Of a DNA stretch of 64,000 nt, positions 19,938-28,554 are shown piece after piece. Position numbers and translations under genes: made by a program. The DNA comes from a virus (taxonomy: Duplodnaviria > Caudoviricetes): IMG/VR virus record IMGVR_UViG_3300033070_001518, positions 16,412-80,411 of that record. One strand, written 5' to 3'. Each line of letters opens with the position of its first letter. Positions within the stretch are counted from its first letter, which is position 1. The notes under the pieces were generated by a model. That model was given only the letters and a program-made list of their open reading frames with translations, ran no database searches and was not told the origin of the DNA.

Positions 19938-20767
19938 ACTTCATCGATTATATTTTTTAGAAAGTTAATAATTCTTTCCTCATCCATATATTCATTAGGT
20001 GTGTTATTTATTAGATATGGTTCTTTGTATAGATTTTTATACTTTTCTGAATCATTATCAAGTTCAATAATTTTTCTTATTACATCATCATCATTTCCAT
20101 ATTTATGCCAGTTGATAAATGATGACTCATTGAATTCTATTTTACAAGACTCACTACCCCAATATATCGGAACACATCCACCTAACATACCATCTATAAT
20201 TTTTTCTGTGAGATATCCATTTTCTGAATAGTTCTCAAAACACATACAGAATTTATATTCTTTTAGCCATTCAATTTTATCAGATACTTTAAATCCTATG
20301 TTATTGAATGCTGATCCACCCGAATCAACTTTTTTATAAGTTGATAATTTAGAAAAAAATTCATTTCTTTTTTGAGCATTTGAATTACTATGTATAAATG
20401 CACAAAATTTATTTCGAGTAGAAATATCCTTTTTATAGAAATAGTCTTTTTGTTCGTTGGTGGCATTTCCCCAATGTAGTTGGTAGATTGGTAGTCTAAG
20501 GTATCTTTTATCTGATGAAAATTCAAATCCTATATAGTAGTCACATCTATCAAAGTCAGATTTTATATTTTCACCAGTATAGATTATTTTTTTCTTAGCT
20601 TTTAGGCTATCGATATGCCTTCCGAATACTGATCCGAATAGTATATCTGGATCTTTATCATCTAAGATAATATTATATCCTGTTTTCAGTAACATTTTAT
20701 ATAGATAGAATGTTTCTGGTAAAAATCCATGCCAGAAATCTACAAATCTAACTTTAACATCCTTCAT
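19934..20767 (-). CDS. Alpha-1,3/4-fucosyltransferase family (GT10)
   Basis: YTGEN, R.EFF..L, YKF.MCFEN, GYLTEKI, VPIYWG. Confidence 0.9.
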   Translation of the reverse strand: MKDVKVRFVDFWHGFLPETFYLYKMLLKTGYNIILDDKDPDILFGSVFGRHIDSLKAKKKIIYTGENIKSDFDRCDYYIGFEFSSDKRYLRLPIYQLHWGNATNEQKDYFYKKDISTRNKFCAFIHSNSNAQKRNEFFSKLSTYKKVDSGGSAFNNIGFKVSDKIEWLKEYKFCMCFENYSENGYLTEKIIDGMLGGCVPIYWGSESCKIEFNESSFINWHKYGNDDDVIRKIIELDNDSEKYKNLYKEPYLINNTPNEYMDEERIINFLKNIIDEV

Positions 20768-21453
20768 GACCTCATTTCATTTTCATTTTTTAGAACTTGT
20801 ACTATTCTTGGTATCCACGATTTGACAGTTGTGCAGTATGGTGATTGTTTATTGTAACAATATTCGGGGGTTAGTACTTTTGTAGAATATAGTATAAAAA
20901 ATTTATTAGAATGACTCTCGTCATGCCATTTGGCTATCAATCCCCTTGAATAATCTATATCAATTTGATTTGCTATGAATTGAAACATATTCAACATACA
21001 TCCCTTTGATCCCCCAAAAAATGCCCCAGCCATGTATTGAAAATTAATTTTATCTGATATAAATGCCAAAGACTTTGGATTATTTTCAGGTGTTCCTCTG
21101 TTACCAACGAACCACGGATGGACTACACATGTTATATCACTGAATATCTCATCATTAACAACATTTTCGAATATCATGTCACTATCTACATAATAGATGT
21201 AATCAAAACTATCTAGCTTACTAGAATTGTCTGTGAAATGTTTATATCTTAAAAGAGTTGGATATGGCCATGGCTTATGTTCTATTATAATTTGATTAAT
21301 CACCCTAGACGATTCTAGGGTGATTAATTCATCTGTGAATATGAAGTATTCCACTTCATGATTCTTTAGAAAAAATCGATCAGAGGTTTTTATTAAATCA
21401 TTGACATATATTTTATACTTGCCAGTGGATACTATTAATAGTGCAATTTTCAC
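20764..21453 (-). CDS. GT6 family glycosyltransferase (ABO / alpha-1,3-Gal(NAc) transferase-like)
   Basis: I..GKY, YFIFTD, WPYPTL.RY, YYVDSD, Y.AGAFFGG, WHDESH.N; GTG start overlaps the ClpC stop. Confidence 0.9.
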   Translation of the reverse strand: MKIALLIVSTGKYKIYVNDLIKTSDRFFLKNHEVEYFIFTDELITLESSRVINQIIIEHKPWPYPTLLRYKHFTDNSSKLDSFDYIYYVDSDMIFENVVNDEIFSDITCVVHPWFVGNRGTPENNPKSLAFISDKINFQYMAGAFFGGSKGCMLNMFQFIANQIDIDYSRGLIAKWHDESHSNKFFILYSTKVLTPEYCYNKQSPYCTTVKSWIPRIVQVLKNENEMRS

Positions 21454-23555
21454 TTTTCGGTTTTTTTCCTTTTTTTCTTATCAGATATTTCCGTTTTGTC
21501 AATCTCGGGGTTATATGATAGAATTAGAACAGATCCAGATTTTGGAGATTGTTCAATTACATAGTCAGTTATTGGATCATCTATCCATCTTTGAATAGCT
21601 CTTTTTAGAGGCCTAGCTCCATATGTTGGGTCATATCCAACTTTGATCAAATGGTCTTTTAGACTTTCCTCAATAGTTATAGTAAATCCAATATTTTTGG
21701 CTCTTGCAAATGTTTTTACTAGTTCTAGGTCCACAATTTTCATTATCTCATCTTTTCCTAGATCCTTGAAATATATTATACCATCAAGTCTATTTATGAA
21801 TTCTGGTGCAAACTTTTTCTTTAATTCTTTTTCGAGGGTAGATTTGATATTGATATCATGCGACTCTAATTTTGCATTTGTGCTAAATCCGACTCCAGCT
21901 CCGAAATCTTTTGCTATTCTAGTTCCAACATTGGATGTCATTAAAATAACACAATTTTTGAAGCTTATTTTTCTTCCGTGTGAATCTGACATATACCCAT
22001 CATCTAACATTTGTAAAAATAGATTTAGAACATCAGGATGGGCTTTTTCGACCTCATCAAAGAGAACAACTGAATATGGCTTTCTTCGAATTCTATCTAG
22101 AACATTTGAATCTTCGTATCCGATATATCCCTGTGGAGATCCAATTATTTTATTAACAGAAAATTTTTCCATATATTCTGACATATCAATTCTTATTAAT
22201 GCATCATCGGAATCAAATAGATACTTGGCCAATTGCTTAGCTAGTTCAGTTTTTCCTACTCCAGAATTTCCTATTAGGATTCCCGAGTATACTGGTTTAT
22301 TCTCATCTTTCATTCCAACTCTTCCTCTCTGAATAGCTCTAACGACTTCCTTGACAGCGTCATCTTGGCCAACTACTCTTCCGGAAACAACTTCATACAT
22401 TTTTGATAGCTTTTGATTTTCAGTCTCACTTACCTTGGATAGGGGTATTCCTGTCATCATTGAAACAACTTCAGCAACATTTTCTTCATTTACAGGTTGT
22501 CTATTTTCTTTTGATTCTTCTTCCCATTTCTGTCTAGCATCTTCTAATAGTTTATTGAGTTTTCTTTCAACATCCCTTAGTTTTGCCGCCTCTTCATATT
22601 TTTGGGCTTTTACTATCTCAGCTTTCTTTTCTTTTATTTCTTGTATTTCCTTCTCAACATCAAGAATTTCTTTGGGGACTTGTATATTTGAAATGTGGAC
22701 TCTAGATCCAGCTTCATCTAGGGCATCTAGAGCTTTGTCTGGTAAAAATCTATCCGTTATGTATCTAGAAGTTAATTCCACACAAGCCTTAATAGCTTCT
22801 GGTGTGTAATTGACGCTATGGTGTGCCTCGTATTTGTCTTTAACATTATTAAGAATTTCCAAAGTCTCTTCTTCTGAAGCAGGTTCGACCATTACTTTTT
22901 GAAATCTTCTTTCTAAAGCACCATCCTTTTCAATATATCGACGATATTCATCTATGGTTGTTGCTCCGATGATTTGAAGCTCCCCTCTTGCTAGGGCTGG
23001 TTTGAATATATTTGACGCATCAAGTGTTCCCGATGCTCCACCAGCTCCTATAATAGTGTGAATTTCATCAATAAACAATATTACGTCTCCATTTTTCTCC
23101 AATTCAGCCATAAGTGCTTTGATCCTCTCTTCGAATTGGCCTCTGTATTTAGTACCTGCGACCATTGAAGCTAAATCTAACATTACAATTCTTTTATTAA
23201 AAAGAATTCGTGAGCATTTTCTTTGATTTATTTTAATTGCTAGTCCTTCAGCAATTGCTGATTTACCAACACCTGGTTCACCTATTAAGATAGGGGAATT
23301 TTTTTTTCTTCTCGCTAGAATTTGAGAAACTCTTTCTATTTCTTTACCCCTTCCGACAATTGGATCTAGCTTACCCTCTTCAGCGAATCTTGTTAGATCT
23401 CGGCTATATGTGTCTAGAACAGGTGTTTTTGAAGATTGATTACTTGGCTTCTTTGTTTTTCCAAAATCATCATCCTCACCTTCATCATCAACGGAATTTT
23501 TAACTTCTTGGCTCTTTTTGATGTAATCTATTTTCATGTTTTGTATTTTTTCCAT
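21450..23555 (-). CDS. clpC: ClpC-type AAA+ unfoldase lacking the N-terminal Clp-repeat domain
   Basis: D1 GEPGVGKS/FIDEIH, UVR middle domain (AQKYEEAAKLRD), D2 GNSGVGKT/LFDEVEK, GVGF ClpP-docking loop, GARPLKR; only ~45 aa precede D1. Confidence 0.9.
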   Translation of the reverse strand: MEKIQNMKIDYIKKSQEVKNSVDDEGEDDDFGKTKKPSNQSSKTPVLDTYSRDLTRFAEEGKLDPIVGRGKEIERVSQILARRKKNSPILIGEPGVGKSAIAEGLAIKINQRKCSRILFNKRIVMLDLASMVAGTKYRGQFEERIKALMAELEKNGDVILFIDEIHTIIGAGGASGTLDASNIFKPALARGELQIIGATTIDEYRRYIEKDGALERRFQKVMVEPASEEETLEILNNVKDKYEAHHSVNYTPEAIKACVELTSRYITDRFLPDKALDALDEAGSRVHISNIQVPKEILDVEKEIQEIKEKKAEIVKAQKYEEAAKLRDVERKLNKLLEDARQKWEEESKENRQPVNEENVAEVVSMMTGIPLSKVSETENQKLSKMYEVVSGRVVGQDDAVKEVVRAIQRGRVGMKDENKPVYSGILIGNSGVGKTELAKQLAKYLFDSDDALIRIDMSEYMEKFSVNKIIGSPQGYIGYEDSNVLDRIRRKPYSVVLFDEVEKAHPDVLNLFLQMLDDGYMSDSHGRKISFKNCVILMTSNVGTRIAKDFGAGVGFSTNAKLESHDINIKSTLEKELKKKFAPEFINRLDGIIYFKDLGKDEIMKIVDLELVKTFARAKNIGFTITIEESLKDHLIKVGYDPTYGARPLKRAIQRWIDDPITDYVIEQSPKSGSVLILSYNPEIDKTEISDKKKRKKTEK

Positions 23556-23584
23556 ATTATTATTTTCTATTTTCGTCGATTTGT

Positions 23585-23944
23585 TTAGTCTAGTAGTTTA
23601 TTTAGTACTATATCTCTTCTTTCTTGGAGGCTAATTTCTTGATAAAGATCACAAGAGAATGATAGCTTGATCTCAGTGTCGGACATATCTATCATTTTTA
23701 TAAAACATCCAATTGCTTTATATCTTGAAGTGAATAAGTCAATTTTATATGATGATGTGAATGTATTTTTAGAACTTATCAAAGATTGATTGTCCCATAA
23801 ATCAACAAAAAATTTTTTATAGTTATTATTTGATATAATATCAAATGTGAATGATATGGATGTGGTGATTTGTGTACCCATATTATCATATTGAATCTGC
23901 TCATTTTTAAAAACAAATACTCTATCTTTAATTTTAACTAACAT
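23585..23944 (-). CDS. Hypothetical protein with shared C-terminal R-x-x-K/L-[IL]-x-x-[IL] motif
   Basis: Ends ERRDIVLNKLLD. Confidence 0.65.
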   Translation of the reverse strand: MLVKIKDRVFVFKNEQIQYDNMGTQITTSISFTFDIISNNNYKKFFVDLWDNQSLISSKNTFTSSYKIDLFTSRYKAIGCFIKMIDMSDTEIKLSFSCDLYQEISLQERRDIVLNKLLD

Positions 23945-24744
23945 TTTTCTCCAAAAATCATAAATGAATTATTAAGGTCTATTCCCGATTTAAATATATT
24001 TTTATATCTTTTTGAGATCATATAGTCGTAAATAATATTTGATGAAAATATAGTTTTGTGCTTTCTATTATTCCAAGGTCTCCAATATAATTGGGAATAG
24101 TCAGGTAGATAGAGAAATAAAATACCACCTATTTTTAACTTTGAATACCAATAATCCAAGACATCTACCCAGTTTTCCAAATGTTCTAAACAATGTGATG
24201 AGACAATGTAATCTAAATTTTTACATTCCATGGGAAAATGTATATCTTTATGATTATGAAAGCTATTTTTGTATTGATTAACATTTGTATTTATACATAG
24301 ATGTAAAATATTATTTTTATCTATATTTTTATTTTTAATTAACTCCTTTGTGAGTTTAATGATGTTATCTATATCATAGTCAGCTGATATACATTCTAGA
24401 TTCAAAATGATTTTATCTTTTAAATAATCTATTTTATTATGATGTCGGTATATTTTAGGTGATAGATTATTACTAAATATTCCATTTGTTCTTTCGACAT
24501 GACTCATCCAAGGAATAGATCCATTTGGTGGGTCCGAAAATATATGTCCAGAATTTGGACATTGTTCGGAAAATCCCTTTATGAAAGGATTTAATCTCCA
24601 AACTAGATTAAATATTTGGTCATTTCTGACTAAATAATTTTTGTAAAGATAAACATCATGTCCCAATTTAGAAAATTCTTCGGGAAGTGTACTTAGAGCT
24701 AAATGATCACCTAGTCCACCTTGGCAAAAAATAATTTTATCCAC
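23938..24744 (-). CDS. Apparent chimera: GT-like N-terminus + C-terminal half of a class I methyltransferase
   Basis: GGLGDHL start; LDYIVSSHCLEHL...LKIGGILFLYLP C-terminus with no preceding SAM-binding GxG motif. Confidence 0.6.
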   Translation of the reverse strand: MDKIIFCQGGLGDHLALSTLPEEFSKLGHDVYLYKNYLVRNDQIFNLVWRLNPFIKGFSEQCPNSGHIFSDPPNGSIPWMSHVERTNGIFSNNLSPKIYRHHNKIDYLKDKIILNLECISADYDIDNIIKLTKELIKNKNIDKNNILHLCINTNVNQYKNSFHNHKDIHFPMECKNLDYIVSSHCLEHLENWVDVLDYWYSKLKIGGILFLYLPDYSQLYWRPWNNRKHKTIFSSNIIYDYMISKRYKNIFKSGIDLNNSFMIFGEKC

Positions 24745-24787
24745 AATTTTGTATTGTATGATTTATAAAAAGTTTTATATATAGAAA

Positions 24788-25234
24788 ATGATTAGAAATT
24801 GGAAACTCTTCTTAGACTCTACCAATTCAGATTTTGATCTAGCCAAAGATATATTTACAGAACTAGAGGATGAATTTGGATTATCAATTGATTATGATAA
24901 TCGAATCGATGATGAGATGTCTTGTGTTATGACTTTATTTGGAGAATTAGAGATGGGTAATAATACTGAATTTACTAATTTTCTTTGCCTTCTATGTCAT
25001 AAAGTTACAGAATTAACAAACTATATATGTCATTTTCAATTAACATTTCATTCCTCAGATATGAATATTCCGATGAGATATAGATCTAAGTTTGTTAGTT
25101 TTGATGGTGATAATTTATCACAATCTCGTACCTCGGATATAGGATATAGTTATTTTCTAGATGATGATTCGAGAAAAAAATTAAATACCGATATCTTCAA
25201 AAGGGGAACTATTTGGTTGTATATCACAGAATGA
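24788..25234 (+). CDS. Putative internal virion protein (CTS-like leader family)
   Basis: MIRNWKLFLDS...KDIFTELEDEFG; TATATA-N4-ATG upstream. Confidence 0.6.
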   Translation: MIRNWKLFLDSTNSDFDLAKDIFTELEDEFGLSIDYDNRIDDEMSCVMTLFGELEMGNNTEFTNFLCLLCHKVTELTNYICHFQLTFHSSDMNIPMRYRSKFVSFDGDNLSQSRTSDIGYSYFLDDDSRKKLNTDIFKRGTIWLYITE

Positions 25235-25704
25235 TCAAAAATTGGAAATTGTTCTTGGAGTCATCTAACCTGGATTTAGAGGACTTAGACATTATTAAAG
25301 AGATACTAATTGATCTAGATGATGATTTTGGTCTTGATGTTGAATATGATGTAAAAATTGATGGGTGTATTATTAATATCCATGGTAAATTGAATGGAAG
25401 TAGAAATAATGAAATAATCTATTGTGTTAATTCATTGTGTAAAAAAATTCAAGAATTTGTAAATAGCTCTTATGAGGTTCAATTTGGATTTGGGGATTTG
25501 GGGGTGGGAAATCGTCTTTATGTTATGTATGGGCCAAGATCGTCATATACAAATGATATCCAAAGTAAAATTCCAGATAGTTTAGAAGATAAAATAATGT
25601 ATCAATGGATAGTAGATGGTGTTGATGTGTATCGAGAAATCCCACCACAAGATTTGGATGATCGAGAATTTAGATATTGTTATATTTGGATATATAAAAA
25701 TTAA
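25231..25704 (+). CDS. Putative internal virion protein (CTS-like leader family)
   Basis: Start reassigned to ATG 25231, which overlaps the upstream stop: MIKNWKLFLES...KEILIDLDDDFG, a tandem paralog. Confidence 0.6.
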   Translation: MIKNWKLFLESSNLDLEDLDIIKEILIDLDDDFGLDVEYDVKIDGCIINIHGKLNGSRNNEIIYCVNSLCKKIQEFVNSSYEVQFGFGDLGVGNRLYVMYGPRSSYTNDIQSKIPDSLEDKIMYQWIVDGVDVYREIPPQDLDDREFRYCYIWIYKN

Positions 25705-25796
25705 TTTGGAGTTATTTCTTTTTAGGAACATCTCCAAGAAAAAATCTGGATTCTTTTTAGCCTCACATAGTCAAGTCCATTTTAATATATATTAAA

Positions 25797-25991
25797 ATGG
25801 ATATAAAGAATTGGAATCTTTATTTAGAATCTAGTAATGAATTAAATTTGGTAAAGGACATACTTACTGAGATTGAGGATAGTTTTGAAATTTCAATTGA
25901 GTATGATGTTAGTGATGTAAATTGGTTTCTTATCGCCGATATCAATAATATGAGTGTTGATTCATCTAAAAATGATGATATGGTTAAATAA
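25797..25991 (+). CDS. Short/truncated third paralog of the 24788/25231 family
   Basis: MDIKNWNLYLES...KDILTEIEDSF; 64 aa versus ~150 aa for its neighbours. Confidence 0.55.
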   Translation: MDIKNWNLYLESSNELNLVKDILTEIEDSFEISIEYDVSDVNWFLIADINNMSVDSSKNDDMVK

Positions 25992-26009
25992 AGATTCATC
26001 TGTTGATAA

Positions 26010-26165
26010 TTAACTATATCTCCAAATGAATCCACCTGAGGATTTATATTTTCCTTTACAACAATCAGATATTACACTAGGTGATCCAATAGATTCGGCA
26101 GCATTTTTCACTGAACTATATTCTTTTATAAAATTCATATCCATGTCATATTAGAATATTAGCTT
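26010..26165 (-). pseudogene. NUMOD1 DNA-binding domain remnant of a homing endonuclease
   Basis: KLIF*YDMDMNFIKEYSSVKNAAESIG...ISDCCKGKYKSSGGFIWRYS*; TAA sits where the conserved Q (CAA) of QYD is expected. Confidence 0.75.
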
Positions 26166-26204
26166 CCCCTAGTTGATTTATGTAAAATTCTAGTTACCAG
26201 GTAT

Positions 26205-26990
26205 TTATCTTTTCACCATGAAAAAAAATCCTGAGTTTGACTGAGATTTCACTTCCTCCTCTACTTCTTTAATTTCTTCTTTTCCTTGACTAATAAGTTC
26301 GGTACTGTTGATTTTCACGGAACCGGGGAGGCTCCAGTCGTACCTTCCCACCAAATTACCCAATTGAACTTTTGACCACCCAATAACGTATTTGATAAAT
26401 AAATCATCTTTAAATAGGTGTTCAGGTAAAATTTCCGCATAAGCTTCCATTATGACATCATATTTAACATTTGTGAGGATGTGGATTCGATGACTTAATT
26501 GATTGAAATGAAATCGAAGGGTATATTTATTCAAAGCGTTTAGCATGTCTGACATTGAATCTAATATTGTTTTATAGACACCCAATTCTCCAATTGTAGT
26601 GACATATGAGCTCAAGTAGGGTTGATTGGTGACGCCTAAATTTACAGATAGATTTGGACTGTTTATTCCTAATTGCATTAATGACTCATTCCTGACCTCA
26701 TATAAATAGATAACTGTTTGTATTTCGCATGGTACATTTATATAATTAAACTTTGTGAACTCATCCGAGTGGAAAGCTTCTTTGGATATTCTAAAGTACA
26801 TTTTTTGAACTGCGTATTGATAATTTCTATAAAACCATTTCATTGCTCTATTTTCTATAATTTGCCTGATGGCATTATCTGGTAGAGTTTTTGGTAATGA
26901 GCAAGCAACTGTTAGTTCGGTTTGAACTATATCAATTAATTCTTCTAGAGTATATCCATCTTGAGATGGTACATAAGGATGGTCTGCCAT
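26205..26990 (-). CDS. Neck protein (T4 gp13-like)
   Basis: C-terminal Y...W.K.QLG...RY...LPGSVKIN...QGKEEIKEVEEE matches the gp13 pattern; TATATA-N4-ATG upstream. Confidence 0.78.
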   Translation of the reverse strand: MADHPYVPSQDGYTLEELIDIVQTELTVACSLPKTLPDNAIRQIIENRAMKWFYRNYQYAVQKMYFRISKEAFHSDEFTKFNYINVPCEIQTVIYLYEVRNESLMQLGINSPNLSVNLGVTNQPYLSSYVTTIGELGVYKTILDSMSDMLNALNKYTLRFHFNQLSHRIHILTNVKYDVIMEAYAEILPEHLFKDDLFIKYVIGWSKVQLGNLVGRYDWSLPGSVKINSTELISQGKEEIKEVEEEVKSQSNSGFFFMVKR

Positions 26991-27029
26991 ATTCTATATA
27001 TTAATCTTTGCAAATTGAATATATAAAAT

Positions 27030-27572
27030 ATGATTATTAAAAGATTTAATGAATCTAATGAGGATTATAATTTAGGAATTTTGAGTGATATATTTCATTC
27101 CTTGGATGATGTCCATAATGTTAAAATTCTACTTAATAAATTTAAAATAGATGATATAAAAGTTAAATCTTCATCATATGATTGTCCCCATTATGCTGAT
27201 CTAATAAGTAATGTAATAGACAAATTGGAAGATGTTCGAATATCCCCTAATTATATAAAATCATATATTGAGAATGGGTCCTATCATAAGCAGTTTAATC
27301 AGCGACCACTCAATGAGTGGGATTCTTCAGACGCATGTCACCTAAGTAATGAGACAAATTTATTAATAGAAAAGTATAGAAATTCTAGTTTTTATAGAGT
27401 TTATATATCCCCACGATTTAATACTAATAATGATTATAAGGAATCAAAAAAACTATTGAAAGATATTAAAGATTTATTGTCAATAACAAAGTCTTATAAC
27501 CTATCATTGGTTTTTAGTTATAGTTTGGAGTGGATTACTCCTTTTGGGGAGGCGGTTCTGATATTTGTTTAG
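27030..27572 (+). CDS. Putative internal virion protein (CTS-like leader family)
   Basis: MIIKRFNES...LSDIFHSLDD; TATATA-N4-ATG. Confidence 0.6.
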   Translation: MIIKRFNESNEDYNLGILSDIFHSLDDVHNVKILLNKFKIDDIKVKSSSYDCPHYADLISNVIDKLEDVRISPNYIKSYIENGSYHKQFNQRPLNEWDSSDACHLSNETNLLIEKYRNSSFYRVYISPRFNTNNDYKESKKLLKDIKDLLSITKSYNLSLVFSYSLEWITPFGEAVLIFV

Positions 27573-28554
27573 TTTTCCAAAAAGAATATATTCCCTTTTC
27601 AATTTCAAAATTATCCCAAGTGAATGTTTTTCTTTTGGGTTGAATTTTTGCCCAATTCCACATTTCGGTTAATCCCTGTTCCAAATCGATTGTATCTTTA
27701 TAGTTTAATAAATCCATAGATTTTTTATAAGTTGGGTATGAATATTTGGATTCATGTCTTTCTTCTTTATAAATAACATCACCATCACCAATTATTTTTC
27801 TTAATATACTATTTGCTTCGTTGATTGAATATGATTTAGTACCTCCTATGTTTATTATTTGCTTGGATGTATTTTCTTGAATTGCGCATTTCCAAAAAGG
27901 TTCTAAACAATCATCTATATAGGAAAATGATCTTGTTTGATTTCCATCTCCGAATATTGTCATTGGTTCGTTATTTATATACTGGTTCATCCATATTCCC
28001 AAGACATTTCTATATTTGTCCCAGATATTTTGATTTACTCCATAAACGTTATGTGGTCTTATTATTGTCCAATCCAATCCGTGTTGATCGCCAGCTATTT
28101 TTATATCTTCTTCACAGGCAAATTTGGCTATCCCGTATGGATCAATCGGCATTGGTTGGTGAGTTTCATCAAATGGTGGATTTCCAACTCCATAGACAGC
28201 CATACTTGAAGTGAAAATTAGCCTTTTAACATCATATGTAATACAGTTATTAACAATATTTGAAGTTGCGACTAGATTATTTTGATAGTTAAATTTCCTT
28301 ATGAAGGGTGATAATCCCTCAGCGGCATAAGCGGCAAAATGAAATACATAAACTGGTTTGTATAGATTAAATATATCATCTAAAGATTTATTTATATCTC
28401 GATTTATGAATACAATTCTTTTATCAACATTTTCTTTATACCCCCCACTCAAATCATCTATTCCTACTATTTTATAATCTGGTTGATTATTAAGTATCCA
28501 TGTTGCCATTCTCGATCCAATGAATCCCGCAACTCCTGTTATTAATATGTTCAT
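27535..28554 (-). CDS. NAD-dependent epimerase (UDP-glucose 4-epimerase-like)
   Basis: ITGVAGFIG, HFAA, TSSMAVYG, YGIAK, RPHNVYG. Confidence 0.92.
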   Translation of the reverse strand: MNILITGVAGFIGSRMATWILNNQPDYKIVGIDDLSGGYKENVDKRIVFINRDINKSLDDIFNLYKPVYVFHFAAYAAEGLSPFIRKFNYQNNLVATSNIVNNCITYDVKRLIFTSSMAVYGVGNPPFDETHQPMPIDPYGIAKFACEEDIKIAGDQHGLDWTIIRPHNVYGVNQNIWDKYRNVLGIWMNQYINNEPMTIFGDGNQTRSFSYIDDCLEPFWKCAIQENTSKQIINIGGTKSYSINEANSILRKIIGDGDVIYKEERHESKYSYPTYKKSMDLLNYKDTIDLEQGLTEMWNWAKIQPKRKTFTWDNFEIEKGIYSFWKTKQISEPPPQKE

